DNA of 64,000 nucleotides from an uncultured Thiotrichales bacterium (GTDB lineage Bacteria; Pseudomonadota; Gammaproteobacteria; Francisellales; CACEW01): NCBI GenBank assembly GCA_903870015.1, contig CAIQBE010000002.1, positions 45,863 to 109,862 of the forward strand, read 5' to 3'. Shown piece by piece: positions 56,403 to 64,000 of this stretch (position 1 is its first letter; each line of letters starts with the position of its first letter). The notes under the pieces were generated by a model. It saw only the letters and a program-made list of their open reading frames with translations, ran no database searches and was not told where the DNA came from. The position numbers and the translations under genes were made by a program.

Positions 56403-58187
56403 ATGAGCGGATCAAGAGCCAGCGGAGCAGGCGCAGAAGGGTCTCAAGGAGTATCACCAGTAGAGTGGGCTTTTCGGAGTCCTCCTCAACTACAAAATAT
56501 AACATTATCAAATGCACCGGGTGGGGTGCAATCAGTAAGATTTCCAAATGCAATATTTCAGGCACCTGATGACGATCAGATTGTCAGTCTTTCTCTGGAG
56601 TATAAATGGGGCGATGACGGAGCAGCAGTAAAAGCAACCCTATGCTTTGATGGGAAAATACATAATATGAATTCCTCTCAAAGCCCGGCTGCCTCGATTC
56701 TATTTAGGCCTATGAAGATTAGAACATTGAATAAGCTAATAAGTAAAGGGCAGCTACGCTTAAGTGAGGGTGAAGAGGTAGAGGCGGGGCAGGTAGCAAT
56801 AAGCCTATTTGTCACACCTAGGGTTGGTGGGGTTTTTCATCTTAGTCAAAATCGCATAGGTGGAATATTATTCAGTGTTCATACATCACGATCAGCGGGG
56901 GTGTTAAGTCCATCTTCAAAGGTGGTAACGGGTGGCGGGGGCTCAGCAGAGCCGTCACCTGTGAAAGATGCGGGTGTAATAACGCACGATGATAGATTGG
57001 AAGATATGCAAAGCCCACCAACGTCTCCAGGGGGAGTAGATGCAAGATCTATGCTAATCAATACGAGTAGTCTATTAGTCGATGCTGCTCCTCAAGGGGC
57101 TGCAGCGGGGGGCTTAAGTCCATCCTCTCAGGTGGCGTCAAATGAGGGAATATCAGAGCAGTCATCTCCTGTTAGGGACGTAGCTCGAAGACAGCAGAAT
57201 GGTGGGGCAGCAGTACGAGAAGCGCCATTACTAATTAATATAGAGGATCGATTAGCAAGCAGCACTAGTCAGCAGGGTATTTATGATATCGCAAGGCTTA
57301 TTAGGAGGCTTTTGGATTCAGCTTTGCGAGAGGATCAATATGACGAAATAGTAGAAATGGTTGCCGAAATATTAGCAGCTCCTGTGCCTGTAAGGCCAAA
57401 TGCAGTTGCGACTAGCGAGCATACCCCTTTGTTAATAGATACGAATACACTTACAAGTATAATCCCTAAAGCCAAGATTTGCCTGGCCATCAATATTTAT
57501 CTTGCCAATGAAGGATTGCAGGCTAAGGTCCATCTTAATGAAGACATAAGGGTGTCGCAGCAAGATATTGCAGCGATTGGCGCTAGATTAGCTCGGCCAG
57601 TAATTGATGACATTGATGTGGCGGTAGATGTTAAAACGGGAGAGTGTAGAGAGTCTGCCAAGAAGGGAATGCTGAGTTTAGAAGCAAAAGCACAAGCCGT
57701 GCAAGGGGATCTGGGTAAGGCTGATGAAGCAGCCTGTTGGCAAGAGGCAGCGAAACAGGCACGTCAGTATTATGATGCCACATTACATCCAGGTTTTGGC
57801 CCTACGAGTGTTCGGGTTTCTGCACTCATGGCTTTCATAGCTATTGGCGCCGCTATTTGTTCGGCCATCGCGCTATCAGATAAAGGAGTCAATGACCCTC
57901 ATGGACTAGATATTGCCGGGGTTGCCCTTGGGGCTGTCGGCCTTGCGCACGTCGCTTATACTGCAGTAATGGCTCGCAAGGCTTGGCCTGAAGGAGTGAA
58001 AATGCGTGGGTCATTGGCTTTGGCGGGGATCATTGCAGTGACGAGCGCAGCAGCTCTGATTATGGCGGCTTTTGCGCTCAGCCATAGAGATGCTGGTACG
58101 CACACTGCACCCACAGGGGTGAGCGCTACCGTATTTAGTGATGGGTTCCAATCAGTGCTGTCAGTCGAGCCTACCATGAGTATTTAA
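56403..58187 (+). CDS. orphan protein (594 aa): N-terminal beta-rich domain, Ser/Pro-rich repeats, C-terminal cluster of 3 TM segments
   Basis: TMs: VSALMAFIAIGAAICSAIALS, IAGVALGAVGLAHVAYTAVMA, LALAGIIAVTSAAALIMAAFALS, separated by short loops. I recognise no family. Confidence 0.65.
   Translation: MSGSRASGAGAEGSQGVSPVEWAFRSPPQLQNITLSNAPGGVQSVRFPNAIFQAPDDDQIVSLSLEYKWGDDGAAVKATLCFDGKIHNMNSSQSPAASILFRPMKIRTLNKLISKGQLRLSEGEEVEAGQVAISLFVTPRVGGVFHLSQNRIGGILFSVHTSRSAGVLSPSSKVVTGGGGSAEPSPVKDAGVITHDDRLEDMQSPPTSPGGVDARSMLINTSSLLVDAAPQGAAAGGLSPSSQVASNEGISEQSSPVRDVARRQQNGGAAVREAPLLINIEDRLASSTSQQGIYDIARLIRRLLDSALREDQYDEIVEMVAEILAAPVPVRPNAVATSEHTPLLIDTNTLTSIIPKAKICLAINIYLANEGLQAKVHLNEDIRVSQQDIAAIGARLARPVIDDIDVAVDVKTGECRESAKKGMLSLEAKAQAVQGDLGKADEAACWQEAAKQARQYYDATLHPGFGPTSVRVSALMAFIAIGAAICSAIALSDKGVNDPHGLDIAGVALGAVGLAHVAYTAVMARKAWPEGVKMRGSLALAGIIAVTSAAALIMAAFALSHRDAGTHTAPTGVSATVFSDGFQSVLSVEPTMSI
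56895..56969 (+). repeat. internal 25-aa repeat unit 1 of the 56403 protein
   Basis: AGVLSPSSKVVTGGGGSAEPSPVKD versus AGGLSPSSQVASNEGISEQSSPVRD (14 of 25 identical). The DNA shares gcgggg..ttaagtccatc. Confidence 0.7.
57105..57179 (+). repeat. internal 25-aa repeat unit 2 of the 56403 protein
   Basis: See unit 1; the units are 210 nt apart. Confidence 0.7.
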
Positions 58188-58461
58188 GCCAGTATTTGTT
58201 TTTGATCAGGCCCTGTCATGAGCATTTTGCTTGGGCTCATGCACTCATCAGTACGGGTGGTGCGGCGGAAAATACGGGCATAATATCCCCACTTTTTGCC
58301 ACGGCAGCATTGGCACTAGATACCCAAAAGCTAGCAGCTGAAGCAGCGGGTGTGGCCCCTTAGATGATGAGTGTGCTCATGAATGCAGGCCAATGTAATT
58401 TCTGGATAGTATCTACCTGCTATCTTTGCTATCATAAGCAAAACCCCTGAAAGAAAAGGCT

Positions 58462-59655
58462 ATGCAAGACATTTTGGATATTATTAAACGCGGTGTGGAT
58501 GAGGTCATTCCTGAGGCTGCGCTCGTCGAGAAATTAAAGAAAAATCGCCCCCTGCGTATTAAAGCTGGCTTTGATCCAACGGCGCCGGATCTGCATTTGG
58601 GCCATACGGTGCTGCTTAATAAAATGCGCCAGCTGCAAGATTTAGGCCATGAAGTCATGTTTTTGATTGGTGATTTTACCGGAATGATCGGCGATCCTAC
58701 CGGGAAGAATGTAACACGTAAGCCTTTAACCCCCGAAGATGTCCAAAAAAATGCCGAGACTTATGCTAAGCAGGTCTTTAAGATTTTAGATCCGCAAAAA
58801 ACCAAAGTAATGTTCAACTCAACTTGGCTTGGCAAGATGTCTGCCGTTGATTTGATTAAGCTTGCGGCGACATCAACCGTAGCAAGAATGCTCGAGCGCG
58901 ATGATTTTTCCAAACGCTATAATGGCAATCAGCCCATTGCCATTCATGAATTTTTATATCCATTATTACAAGGCTATGATTCCGTTGAGATGCAGGCCGA
59001 TATTGAGTTAGGCGGTACCGATCAAAGATTTAATTTGTTAATGGGGCGCGAATTACAAAAGCATTTTGGCCAGGAAGAGCAAGTGATTATTACGATGCCC
59101 TTGCTTGTTGGCCTAGATGGCGTGAACAAAATGTCAAAATCTTTGGGTAATTATATCGCCATTGCCGATGCACCCACAGAAATATTTGGCAAAATCATGT
59201 CGATTTCTGATGCGCTCATGTGGGATTACTTTAAGCTGATTAGCCTGCGCCCAATTGCGAAAATTGAGCAGTTAAAGCAAGAAGCTGCAGCGGGTAAGAA
59301 TCCGCGCGATATTAAAATTGAGTTAGCCAAAGAGCTCATTGCGCGCTTTCATTCAGAGGCGGACGCTGAGGCTGCCCATCAAGATTTTATTCAGCGCTTT
59401 TCCAAAAACGAATTACCTGATGAGATGCCAGAGCTCGACATGGATTTTGCGACAGGCCTTGGTTGTGCGCAAGTATTAAAAGACGCCGGCTTGGTGTCCT
59501 CAACCTCAGAGGCGTTTCGCATGATCGAGCAGGGTGGTGTTAAAGTCAATCATGAAAAAATCAGTGAGCGTAATTTTGTCTTAAAGCCCAATAAAGGCGA
59601 GGCGGTTGTGCTCCAAGTTGGTAAGCGTAAATTTGCTAGAATTACTGCGATCTAA
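58462..59655 (+). CDS. tyrS: tyrosyl-tRNA synthetase (short, type-2 form)
   Basis: HIGH-type motif PDLHLGH, KMSKS, and a C-terminal S4 domain. Confidence 0.93.
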   Translation: MQDILDIIKRGVDEVIPEAALVEKLKKNRPLRIKAGFDPTAPDLHLGHTVLLNKMRQLQDLGHEVMFLIGDFTGMIGDPTGKNVTRKPLTPEDVQKNAETYAKQVFKILDPQKTKVMFNSTWLGKMSAVDLIKLAATSTVARMLERDDFSKRYNGNQPIAIHEFLYPLLQGYDSVEMQADIELGGTDQRFNLLMGRELQKHFGQEEQVIITMPLLVGLDGVNKMSKSLGNYIAIADAPTEIFGKIMSISDALMWDYFKLISLRPIAKIEQLKQEAAAGKNPRDIKIELAKELIARFHSEADAEAAHQDFIQRFSKNELPDEMPELDMDFATGLGCAQVLKDAGLVSSTSEAFRMIEQGGVKVNHEKISERNFVLKPNKGEAVVLQVGKRKFARITAI

Positions 59656-60580
59656 ACAGCCCATTCTGATTCAAGCGCCCTTGGCTGGGGTGAGCGCTGC
59701 GCCATTTCGGGAGCTCATTTGGCAGTTTGGCGGGCCAGCTTATTGCGTGACCGAAATGATCTCGGCCAAAACTTTATTGGCCCATGCTTCAAAACGTTTT
59801 CTTTACAAAGCGCCAAACGAGGGTCCTTTATGTTTTCAGCTCTCGGGTAGTGATCCCGATGAATTAAAGCAGGCGGCGATTATAGCGCGGAAGGCTGGCG
59901 CCAATCTTATTGATTTAAATTGTGGCTGCCCCGTTACCAAAATCCGTAAAAAAGGCGCTGGTTCAAAATTGTTAAGCGAAAGCCAAAAACTCTATGACAT
60001 TATCAAAGCAATCAAAAGCGAGGTGAATATCCCACTATCTCTAAAAATTCGAGTAGATGGCATAAGTGGTGATGCTTTTAATCAAGATGTAGTTAAAATT
60101 ATCAACGATGCCGGCGCTGATTTTATGATTGTCCATGGCCGGCATTGGACTGAGCGCTATGATGTGCCAGCGCGCTTAGATGAAATTGCCATGATTAAAG
60201 CAGCATCTAGCATTCCCGTGATCGGGAATGGCGATGTGCGCGATTATGATTCGCTAAAAAAAATGTTAGCCACGGGCGTAGATGGTGCCATGATCGGCCG
60301 GGCCTCAGTCGGGCGGCCGTGGATTTTTCAGGAGTTATTAGCGGCTATGCGGGGTGAGGTTTATGCCTTGCCCTCAATAGCGAAAATGGGTGCCTTATTT
60401 TTAAAGCATATTGAAGGATTGAGAGATCTGGAAAATGAAAAATTGGCAGTGCTACAAGCGCGCAGCCTAAGTAAATACTACCTTCGAGCCGCAGGGGTGG
60501 CGCCTGAAGTGCATCGGCAGTTTATAGGGATTATCGCGTGGGCTGAGTTAGAAAAGTTGGTGTTTCATATATTTGTGTAA
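59606..60580 (+). CDS. tRNA-dihydrouridine synthase
   Basis: [34 protein letters not shown]. There is no ATG; candidate TTG starts lie at 59606, 59618 and 59633, all overlapping the tyrS 3' end. Confidence 0.85.
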   Translation: MCSKLVSVNLLELLRSKQPILIQAPLAGVSAAPFRELIWQFGGPAYCVTEMISAKTLLAHASKRFLYKAPNEGPLCFQLSGSDPDELKQAAIIARKAGANLIDLNCGCPVTKIRKKGAGSKLLSESQKLYDIIKAIKSEVNIPLSLKIRVDGISGDAFNQDVVKIINDAGADFMIVHGRHWTERYDVPARLDEIAMIKAASSIPVIGNGDVRDYDSLKKMLATGVDGAMIGRASVGRPWIFQELLAAMRGEVYALPSIAKMGALFLKHIEGLRDLENEKLAVLQARSLSKYYLRAAGVAPEVHRQFIGIIAWAELEKLVFHIFV

Positions 60581-60648
60581 TAATGTTTTCATTTATAATT
60601 AATTAGTGTATGATGTCGCTTCTGTAAAAATTCAAGGATGAATTTTCT

Positions 60649-61803
60649 ATGTTAATGTCTGCTATCCCTCTTGAGGTAAGTATAAGTGATCTTGTCATTG
60701 AGACGGTTGTTTTTGCTAGCGGTCAGACCGCAGAAATATATCAGGCAAGCTATCATGGTAGTGCGGTGATTTTTAAAAAGCCTATAGAAGATGGCGCCTT
60801 TGCAATAGGTGGAGTTAGCCAAGAGCAGCAATTATTATTAAGTGCAGCAATTTCTCAAATTTATGGCAAGTTTTTGCCTGAGCATGCGCTAGTGTACAGC
60901 TTGGTTAAAGATGGTGCTGGAAGACCTGTAGGGCTTATGGCACCTTTTGTTGAGATGAGTCGTATTGTGGCAAATGATGATGAGGATGGCGCAAGTTTGG
61001 TCAAGACAAGAAGCGATATCGCCCCTGCGTTATTCACAGCAAGGTTTGGTTATTTATTAGCGTTAGCTTATTGTCTGAGAGAAAACGATTTGAATGGCGG
61101 TAACTTCGTAATGACTGAAACAGGGGTAATGAAAATTGATCATGATAGGTCGTTATCTCCAGAAGAGGATTTTATGCCGTATCGGTTTGCGCTGAATGAA
61201 GAGGCGTTTAGCTATTTTCCTTTTTTTGAAAAGACGCATCAGTACAGTCCAGAAACATTTATCCACAATACAGATTACAATTTGGTGAAAGTTTTTAAAG
61301 AATATTTGTGCGATGCGAGTTCTCCTCAGTACGCACAAGGAAAAGATTTTATCAGAGGTATGGCTGATGGTTTTAGGGCATTTGCCGCAAGGGCAATGTT
61401 GGTTGCTGAGTTGCGCGCAGAGTTATTGCCTTTATTCTCTGGGAGTGAACAGGCTTTGCTAGAAGCGTTATTAAGTCGTGTGGCTGCGAGGCAAGAATTG
61501 GTAGGGGACGCTGTGAGGTGTGGATATGCGGATCATATCGCAGAGGCGTATTGTGCTCCTGTAATATCAAGGCCTGCTAGTTTAAGTGCGGCATCATCAG
61601 AGGGGTTGCCATCAACAAGTCCTAGCACAGTAGGAAGTGCCTGCGCGCTATTAGAGGGTGCCAGTGCTTCAGGTAGTCAGGCTTCAATAGCTGCTTGTAG
61701 CTCGCCACCGTTGACCGCAACGCCCTTATTTTCTCTCATTGATGCAAGAGAGGGTGCTCCATTTGGATTTTTAAGAGCGAACGCGTCAGCGCCAGGTATC
61801 TGA
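60649..61803 (+). CDS. orphan protein with protein-kinase-like catalytic motifs and Ser/Ala-rich tail
   Basis: FASGQTAEIYQASYHGSAVIFKK (Gly-loop/VAIK-like), LRENDLNGGNFVM (catalytic-loop-like D-x4-N) and GVMKIDHD (DFG-like) in canonical order and spacing. Confidence 0.55.
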   Translation: MLMSAIPLEVSISDLVIETVVFASGQTAEIYQASYHGSAVIFKKPIEDGAFAIGGVSQEQQLLLSAAISQIYGKFLPEHALVYSLVKDGAGRPVGLMAPFVEMSRIVANDDEDGASLVKTRSDIAPALFTARFGYLLALAYCLRENDLNGGNFVMTETGVMKIDHDRSLSPEEDFMPYRFALNEEAFSYFPFFEKTHQYSPETFIHNTDYNLVKVFKEYLCDASSPQYAQGKDFIRGMADGFRAFAARAMLVAELRAELLPLFSGSEQALLEALLSRVAARQELVGDAVRCGYADHIAEAYCAPVISRPASLSAASSEGLPSTSPSTVGSACALLEGASASGSQASIAACSSPPLTATPLFSLIDAREGAPFGFLRANASAPGI

Positions 61804-61829
61804 TGGTTCTCTTGCTCATTCCTTAAAAA

Positions 61830-61877
61830 TCAACTACCCTTATCTGCAATAAACACAAAAACAGATGAGGTAGTTGA
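61830..61877 (+). promoter_or_regulatory. long imperfect hairpin enclosing SD and start of the 61874 gene
   Basis: tcaactacccttatctg (61830-61846), 15-nt A-rich loop, cagatgaggtagttga (61862-61877). The right arm contains GAGG and the TTG/ATG start. Confidence 0.4.
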
Positions 61878-62314
61878 TGTTAAAAGCAATAGCCGGTTTC
61901 GTTGCAACTTTAGTAGTATCCACAAGCTTTGCGGCGACAGCAGTGACACCCAATGATCTATCTGGTACTTATGCTTGCACTGGCAATGATTCAGGAGATG
62001 GTAATTTTCAAAGTACCTTAACCATTACTGTGGATGCAAAAAATAGCAAACCTAATCAGCCGTTTAATACCTATCGCACTAAAGAGAGTACCTCTGAGCT
62101 AGAAAAATATAGCGGAGAGGCGATTTCAAGTAGCGATGGTAGTATGCTCTCCGCGTATTATTCCAACAATGATCCGGATCAATACAAAGATGAAGGCGTC
62201 AGTAGCATCGTGGTCACCGAAAATGCAGGCAAAACCACGCTACAAGAAAACTACTATGAGCCAGATTACTCAAGTGGCGAGACCGGTTCAGAGGTTTGTG
62301 TTAAGCAGGGCTAG
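61874..62314 (+). CDS. small secreted protein, unknown function
   Basis: Signal peptide MLKAIAGFVATLVVSTSFAATA; two Cys; 146 aa. Confidence 0.55.
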   Translation: MMLKAIAGFVATLVVSTSFAATAVTPNDLSGTYACTGNDSGDGNFQSTLTITVDAKNSKPNQPFNTYRTKESTSELEKYSGEAISSSDGSMLSAYYSNNDPDQYKDEGVSSIVVTENAGKTTLQENYYEPDYSSGETGSEVCVKQG

Positions 62315-62319
62315 TTAGC

Positions 62320-64000
62320 CTAAGTAAATTTAAATCCCCCATCCTTATCTAGTTTGACCTTGATCGTCGTGCCAGGCTTATAGCTGCCAGCCAATAGCTC
62401 CTGCGCCAGCGGATTTTCAATGTACTGCTGCAGGGCGCGTTTTAAGGGGCGGGCGCCATAGACAGGATCGTAACCGACTTCGGTGAGTTTTTGCATGGCG
62501 TCTTTGCTGATGTCAATGCTTAAATCTTTGGCAGCCAGGCGGGATTTTAGGCGCTCCAGCTGAATTTCACAAATTTGCACAATTTGCGCTTCACCCAAAG
62601 GCCTAAATACCACTGCTTCATCTACGCGATTTAAAAATTCTGGTCGGAAATGTTTGCCAACAACATTCATGACTTTAGCTTTCATAGCGGCGTAGCTTTC
62701 TTGGGAGGAGTATTCTTGGATCACATCAGAGCCTAAGTTGGAGGTCATCATGATCACAGTATTTTTGAAATCAACCGTGCGGCCTTGGCCATCGGTCAAG
62801 CGGCCATCATCCAGGACTTGTAACAAGATATTAAAGACATCAGGATGGGCTTTTTCAACTTCATCAAGTAATATCACTGAATAGGGCTTGCGGCGCACAT
62901 GCTCCGTTAAGTAACCGCCTTCTTCATAGCCGACATAGCCCGGAGGCGCTCCAATGAAGCGTGATACCGAATGCTTTTCCATAAATTCAGACATATCAAT
63001 CCGGATCAATGATTCTTCAGTATCAAATAAAAATTGCGCCAAAGTTTTCGCGAGTTCAGTTTTACCCACCCCAGTTGGCCCAAGGCATAAGAATGATCCG
63101 ATCGGACGATTAGGATCAGCAAGGCCAGAGCGCGAGCGGCGAATGGCATTTGCCACAGCATGTACGGCTTCGTTTTGGCCGACGACGCGTTTTTCAAGGG
63201 CCGCTTCCATTTTGATGAGCTTATCGCGTTCGCCTTCTTGCATACGCGCGACGGGAATGCCGGTAGATTTAGAAACAACTTCGGCAATCTCATCTTCAGT
63301 CACAGCGTATTTAAGCAGGCGCGTGGGTTTGCGCTCAGCTTGATTGGCCGCATTAAGCTTTTTTTCAAGCTCAGGAATGGTGCCATATTGTAATTCTGAC
63401 ATTTTATTGAGATCACCGCGCCGGCGGGCATCTTCCATATCAAGTTTGGCTTTTTCTAAGGCTTCTTTAACTTGGGCTGCATCAGAGAGTTGGGCTTTTT
63501 CAGCTTTCCATACCTCTTCAAGATCGGCGTATTCTTTGCTTAATTTTTTAATTTCTTCTTCTAGATGTTTTAGGCGCTCTTTGGAGGCCGCATCTTTTTC
63601 TTTTTTCAAGGCTTCACGCTCGATCTTTAATTGAATTAAGCGTCGGTCAAGCTTATCCATTTCTTCGGGCTTGGAGTCAATCTCCATCCGAATATGGCTC
63701 GCGGCTTCATCGATTAAGTCAATGGCTTTGTCAGGTAATTGGCGATCGGTGATGTAGCGATGTGAGAGAATTGCGGCGGCAACAATCGCAGGGTCGGTAA
63801 TGTCAACGCCATGATGCACTTCGTATTTTTCTTTTAAGCCGCGCAAAATAGCGATGGTATCTTCGACAGAAGGCTCGTCCACCAAGACTTTTTGAAAGCG
63901 GCGTTCAAGTGCAGCATCTTTTTCAATATATTTGCGATATTCATCCAAGGTCGTTGCGCCAATACAATGCAGCTCACCGCGGGCGAGGGCGGGCTTAAGC
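62320..64000 (-). CDS. clpB: chaperone ClpB (C-terminal ~560 aa; N-terminus beyond window)
   Basis: The frame stays open past the track start: ...[36 protein letters not shown]. Middle coiled coil; NBD2 Walker [10 protein letters not shown]; ends ...[11 protein letters not shown]. Confidence 0.95.
   Translation of the reverse strand, partial: LKPALARGELHCIGATTLDEYRKYIEKDAALERRFQKVLVDEPSVEDTIAILRGLKEKYEVHHGVDITDPAIVAAAILSHRYITDRQLPDKAIDLIDEAASHIRMEIDSKPEEMDKLDRRLIQLKIEREALKKEKDAASKERLKHLEEEIKKLSKEYADLEEVWKAEKAQLSDAAQVKEALEKAKLDMEDARRRGDLNKMSELQYGTIPELEKKLNAANQAERKPTRLLKYAVTEDEIAEVVSKSTGIPVARMQEGERDKLIKMEAALEKRVVGQNEAVHAVANAIRRSRSGLADPNRPIGSFLCLGPTGVGKTELAKTLAQFLFDTEESLIRIDMSEFMEKHSVSRFIGAPPGYVGYEEGGYLTEHVRRKPYSVILLDEVEKAHPDVFNILLQVLDDGRLTDGQGRTVDFKNTVIMMTSNLGSDVIQEYSSQESYAAMKAKVMNVVGKHFRPEFLNRVDEAVVFRPLGEAQIVQICEIQLERLKSRLAAKDLSIDISKDAMQKLTEVGYDPVYGARPLKRALQQYIENPLAQELLAGSYKPGTTIKVKLDKDGGFKFT

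Noticed and set aside
58188-58461. 274-nt non-coding gap upstream of tyrS, inspected for a T-box or other leader, plus short palindromes (catgagc...gctcatg at 58219-58243)
   Set aside because: No T-box specifier or antiterminator features are present, and such leaders are not expected in gammaproteobacteria. The palindromes are short and lack U-tracts. It may simply be a promoter or decayed DNA.
62954-63634. Several 77-129 aa ORFs overlapping clpB on both strands
   Set aside because: They lie entirely within the clpB middle and NBD2 regions. The clpB frame is unambiguous.
1-64000. Scan for CRISPR arrays, IS/transposase genes, toxin-antitoxin pairs and recognisable defence genes (nucleases, helicases, methyltransferases)
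   Set aside because: None was seen. No regularly spaced direct repeats occur, and no ORF carries transposase, integrase, restriction or Cas-like motifs.

Overview
This is a 64-kb chromosomal segment from an AT-rich gammaproteobacterium (roughly 40% GC by eye). The gene content looks like a host-associated or intracellular lineage of the Legionellales/Thiotrichales type; that placement is inference only.

Most of the window is recognisable housekeeping: nth, hpt, lepA, lspA-fkpB-rsmE, udk, rpmE, trhO, yajC-secDF, tRNA-Arg(CCU), rsgA, grpE-dnaK-dnaJ behind a textbook sigma-32 promoter, nadA, yebC-ruvC-ruvA, tyrS, a dus gene, fadD and clpB.

Several accessory blocks are interspersed:
- A surface-glycan/LPS modification island (about 4.9-14.3 kb). 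It holds an intact and a decayed O-antigen-ligase paralog, an OafA-type acyltransferase, a eukaryote-like GT17 glycosyltransferase and several unassigned genes.
- A compact pilD-pilA-pilB-pilC type IV pilus cluster whose components all lack the usual N-terminal domains.
- A cadBA lysine decarboxylase/antiporter acid-resistance pair.
- A five-gene operon with every junction overlapping: HlyD, ABC ATPase, ABC-2 permease, Wzc-like co-polymerase/tyrosine-kinase-like protein, rsgA.
- An orphan nuoI next to an NDUFAF3/Mth938-like gene.
- Most notable, a set of orphan genes that look GC- and Ala/Ser/Gly-richer than their surroundings. These are two tandem divergent paralogs encoding large polytopic membrane proteins (39.9-44.5 kb) that share a conserved leader with an AATTTAAATT palindrome; a 594-aa protein with an internal repeat and C-terminal clustered TM segments; a 406-aa orphan; and a 384-aa protein with protein-kinase-like catalytic motifs. 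I read these as candidate secreted or host-directed effectors, but no secretion apparatus lies in the window.

I saw no CRISPR array, IS element, integrase or prophage.
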